DNA from: Candidatus Entotheonellaceae bacterium
Lineage (GTDB): Bacteria > Tectomicrobia > Entotheonellia > Entotheonellales > Entotheonellaceae
Assembly (NCBI GenBank): GCA_965238075.1
Contig: OZ250173.1
Coordinates: forward strand, 2,976,001 to 3,040,000
Direction: 5' to 3'
DNA: 64,000 nt
Shown here: one piece after another, positions 62,020 to 64,000 of the stretch
Layout: every line of letters begins with the position of its first letter
Position numbering within the stretch: position 1 is the stretch's first letter
Translations under genes and position numbers: made by a program
Notes under the pieces: generated by a model
Databases searched by the model: none
The model's input: the letters and a program-made list of their open reading frames with translations, nothing else
Told to the model about the DNA's origin: nothing

Positions 62020-62247
62020 ATGATGAAAACGTGCCCCCTGTGTCAGACGGAGATGCCCGAGCGCTACAATTATTGCTACCAATGCGGCGAGCATGTTGGC
62101 GAGACGGCGGCGCTGCCGGTTGACGTCGACCCGCAGGTCGCCGAGACGCAACGGCGCCAGGAATGGGTTATCCAATACGGCTGCTTAACGCTCATCATCG
62201 TCTGGACAATCTTCGGGTTGTGGTTTTTCTTCAACATGAACCGTTAA
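62020..62247 (+). CDS. Small zinc-ribbon membrane protein
   Basis: KTCPLCQ...NYCYQCG followed by C-terminal TM helix. Confidence 0.7.
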   Translation: MMKTCPLCQTEMPERYNYCYQCGEHVGETAALPVDVDPQVAETQRRQEWVIQYGCLTLIIVWTIFGLWFFFNMNR

Positions 62248-62283
62248 CGGGCGGACCCTTATCTGGGTCTCGGAGTTAGGGCT

Positions 62284-62535
62284 GTGCGACAAACACCGGA
62301 TGAAGCGTGGAAGAAAATCCACACGGCTTTCAATGATGCGGAACTGCACCTGATTACGGGCATCCTGGCCGGGGAGGGGCTGGAGTGGCGTATCAAGTCC
62401 CGGCGGGTGCCGCAACTGCCGATGTCGCACGGGGCGCTGGGGGAAATGGAAATCTACGTGCCTGAAGCCGATGCCCCGTTCGCCCAGCGTATCTTGTTGA
62501 TTTATCGCAACGCTTCGGCGGCTGGCGACACATGA
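62284..62535 (+). CDS. DUF2007-like putative signal-transducing protein
   Basis: WKKIHTA...ELHLITGILAGEGL...EIYVPEADAPFAQRIL; ATGA overlap with next gene. Confidence 0.72.
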   Translation: MRQTPDEAWKKIHTAFNDAELHLITGILAGEGLEWRIKSRRVPQLPMSHGALGEMEIYVPEADAPFAQRILLIYRNASAAGDT

Positions 62536-63695
62536 CGGAGGCTACCATGCAGACGTATGACGTGATCGTTGTCGGTGTCGGGGGGATGGGCAGTGCGGCG
62601 GTGTATCACCTGGCGACACGGGGCCAGCGGGTTCTGGGCCTTGAACAGTACGACATTCCGCACCAGCAGGGATCGTCTCACGGCATCTCGCGGATCATCC
62701 GCATGGCGTACTACGAGCATCCGTCATACGTGCCGCTCTTGCACCGCGCTTACGAGCTGTGGTGGGCACTGGAGCGGACCGTCCAGGAGCGCCTGTTGCA
62801 CGTCACCGGCGCATTGAACATCGGCACCGAAGCGGGCGACGTATTCACCGGGGCGGTGAAGTCAGCGCAGGAGCACAACCTGGCACACGAAATTCTGGAG
62901 GCCGAGGCGGTTCGACGGCGATTCCCCGGCTACGGGGTGCAGGCGCCGCTGATGGCTCTGTACGAGCCCCAGGCCGGACTTCTGGCGGCTGAACGGTGCA
63001 TCGTGGCGCACGTGACGGCGGCCCTGCAACACGGCGCCGAAGTCCACGGCCGCGAGACCGTTGAGGGTTGGGAGACCAGCGATGCCGGCGTGCAGGTCCG
63101 AACCAATCGCGGCGTCTATCAGGCCGAGCGTCTGGTGTTGACGGCCGGCGCTTGGACCCATCGGCTTCTGGCGCCCTACCACGGCGTGCTGCAACCGGAG
63201 CGGCAGGTGCTGATCTGGATGCAGCCGCGCGTGCCGAGCGCCTTTCACATGGCCGCGTTTCCGGTTTTCATTTTGGATGTCGAGGAGGGGCGCTTTTACG
63301 GCATGCCGATCTACGGCATCCCCGGCTTCAAGATTGGCCGTTTTCACCATTTGGAACAGCTCGTGGACGACCCTGCCACCATGGACCGGGGCTTTCACCC
63401 TGAGGACGAAGACCTGCTGCGCGGCCTTGTACGGCGCTATTTTCCGGACGGCGAAGGTCCGATTTTGTCCACGGCCACCTGTATGTTCACCAACTCCCCC
63501 GACGGGCATTTCGTCATCGACGTTCACCCCGAAGACCCGCGAGTGGTGTTCGCTGGGGGCTTTTCAGGACACGGCTTCAAATTCTGCCCCGTCATCGGCG
63601 AAATCCTGGCCGACCTGGCTGAGGACGGCGCCACTCGGCACGATATTTCCCTGTTCAGCGCCGCGCGCCTGGCCCCTTCCGCCGTCGAGAAATAG
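62532..63695 (+). CDS. solA: Monomeric sarcosine oxidase / N-methyltryptophan oxidase family
   Basis: GVGGMGSA, GSSHGISRIIR, CMFTNSPD (covalent-FAD Cys), FSGHGFKF. Confidence 0.9.
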   Translation: MTEATMQTYDVIVVGVGGMGSAAVYHLATRGQRVLGLEQYDIPHQQGSSHGISRIIRMAYYEHPSYVPLLHRAYELWWALERTVQERLLHVTGALNIGTEAGDVFTGAVKSAQEHNLAHEILEAEAVRRRFPGYGVQAPLMALYEPQAGLLAAERCIVAHVTAALQHGAEVHGRETVEGWETSDAGVQVRTNRGVYQAERLVLTAGAWTHRLLAPYHGVLQPERQVLIWMQPRVPSAFHMAAFPVFILDVEEGRFYGMPIYGIPGFKIGRFHHLEQLVDDPATMDRGFHPEDEDLLRGLVRRYFPDGEGPILSTATCMFTNSPDGHFVIDVHPEDPRVVFAGGFSGHGFKFCPVIGEILADLAEDGATRHDISLFSAARLAPSAVEK

Positions 63696-64000
63696 ATGAG
63701 TCTGTCAGACCTGGAACGCTTGTTCGGCCTGCGTGGCAGAGTGGCGCTGGTCACCGGTGCTTCCAGCGGCTTGGGCAAGGAATTTGCCAGAGGTCTGGCG
63801 ATGGCCGGCGCCGATGTCGCCGTTGTAGCAAGGCGGTTGGAGCGCTTGCAGGCGGTGGCCGCCGAGTTGGAGGCATTCGGTGTGCGGGCGTATCCCGTGC
63901 AGGCTGACCTCCAGCATGAGGAGCAGATCGAGGCGGCCGTCCGGGAGGTGCATGACGTGCTAGGCCCCATTGACATCCTGGTCAATAATGCCGGGATCGC
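63696..64000 (+). CDS. SDR family oxidoreductase, 3'-truncated by window edge
   Basis: Manual translation MSLSDLERLFGLRGRVALVTGASSGLG...ILVNNAG. Confidence 0.9.
   Translation, partial: MSLSDLERLFGLRGRVALVTGASSGLGKEFARGLAMAGADVAVVARRLERLQAVAAELEAFGVRAYPVQADLQHEEQIEAAVREVHDVLGPIDILVNNAGI

Overview
GC-rich bacterial chromosomal window. It holds mostly intact metabolic, transport and housekeeping genes: many SDRs, two LLM oxidoreductases, a dimethylglycine dehydrogenase-like/DmdA-like pair, a sarcosine oxidase-like gene, a Liv-type ABC operon with an acyl-CoA ligase, aroA/aroK, tRNA-Arg(CCG), lptE-holA-rpsT, hydantoinase A/B, rpiA and an HtrA protease. The notable part is an ~11 kb accessory island (~8.9-20 kb) between two convergent paralogous GldA/GldFG-like ABC modules. 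It carries two direct-repeat copies of a defective IS630 element. These bracket an intact IS630, a PIN/DUF4411-like gene fragment, a 1502-aa nuclease-like/NACHT (STAND) protein and an orphan HigA-like regulator whose promoter contains a palindromic operator; together they form a candidate mobile NLR-like anti-phage module. Flanking the copies are decayed toxin-antitoxin genes (hicBA, abrB/vapC) and a Fic gene. Other uncharacterised items are a triple zinc-ribbon protein, a low-GC nuclease-like/cold-shock-domain fusion and several REP-type palindromes. No CRISPR array or rRNA was seen. All calls come from motif recognition by eye, with no database searches.
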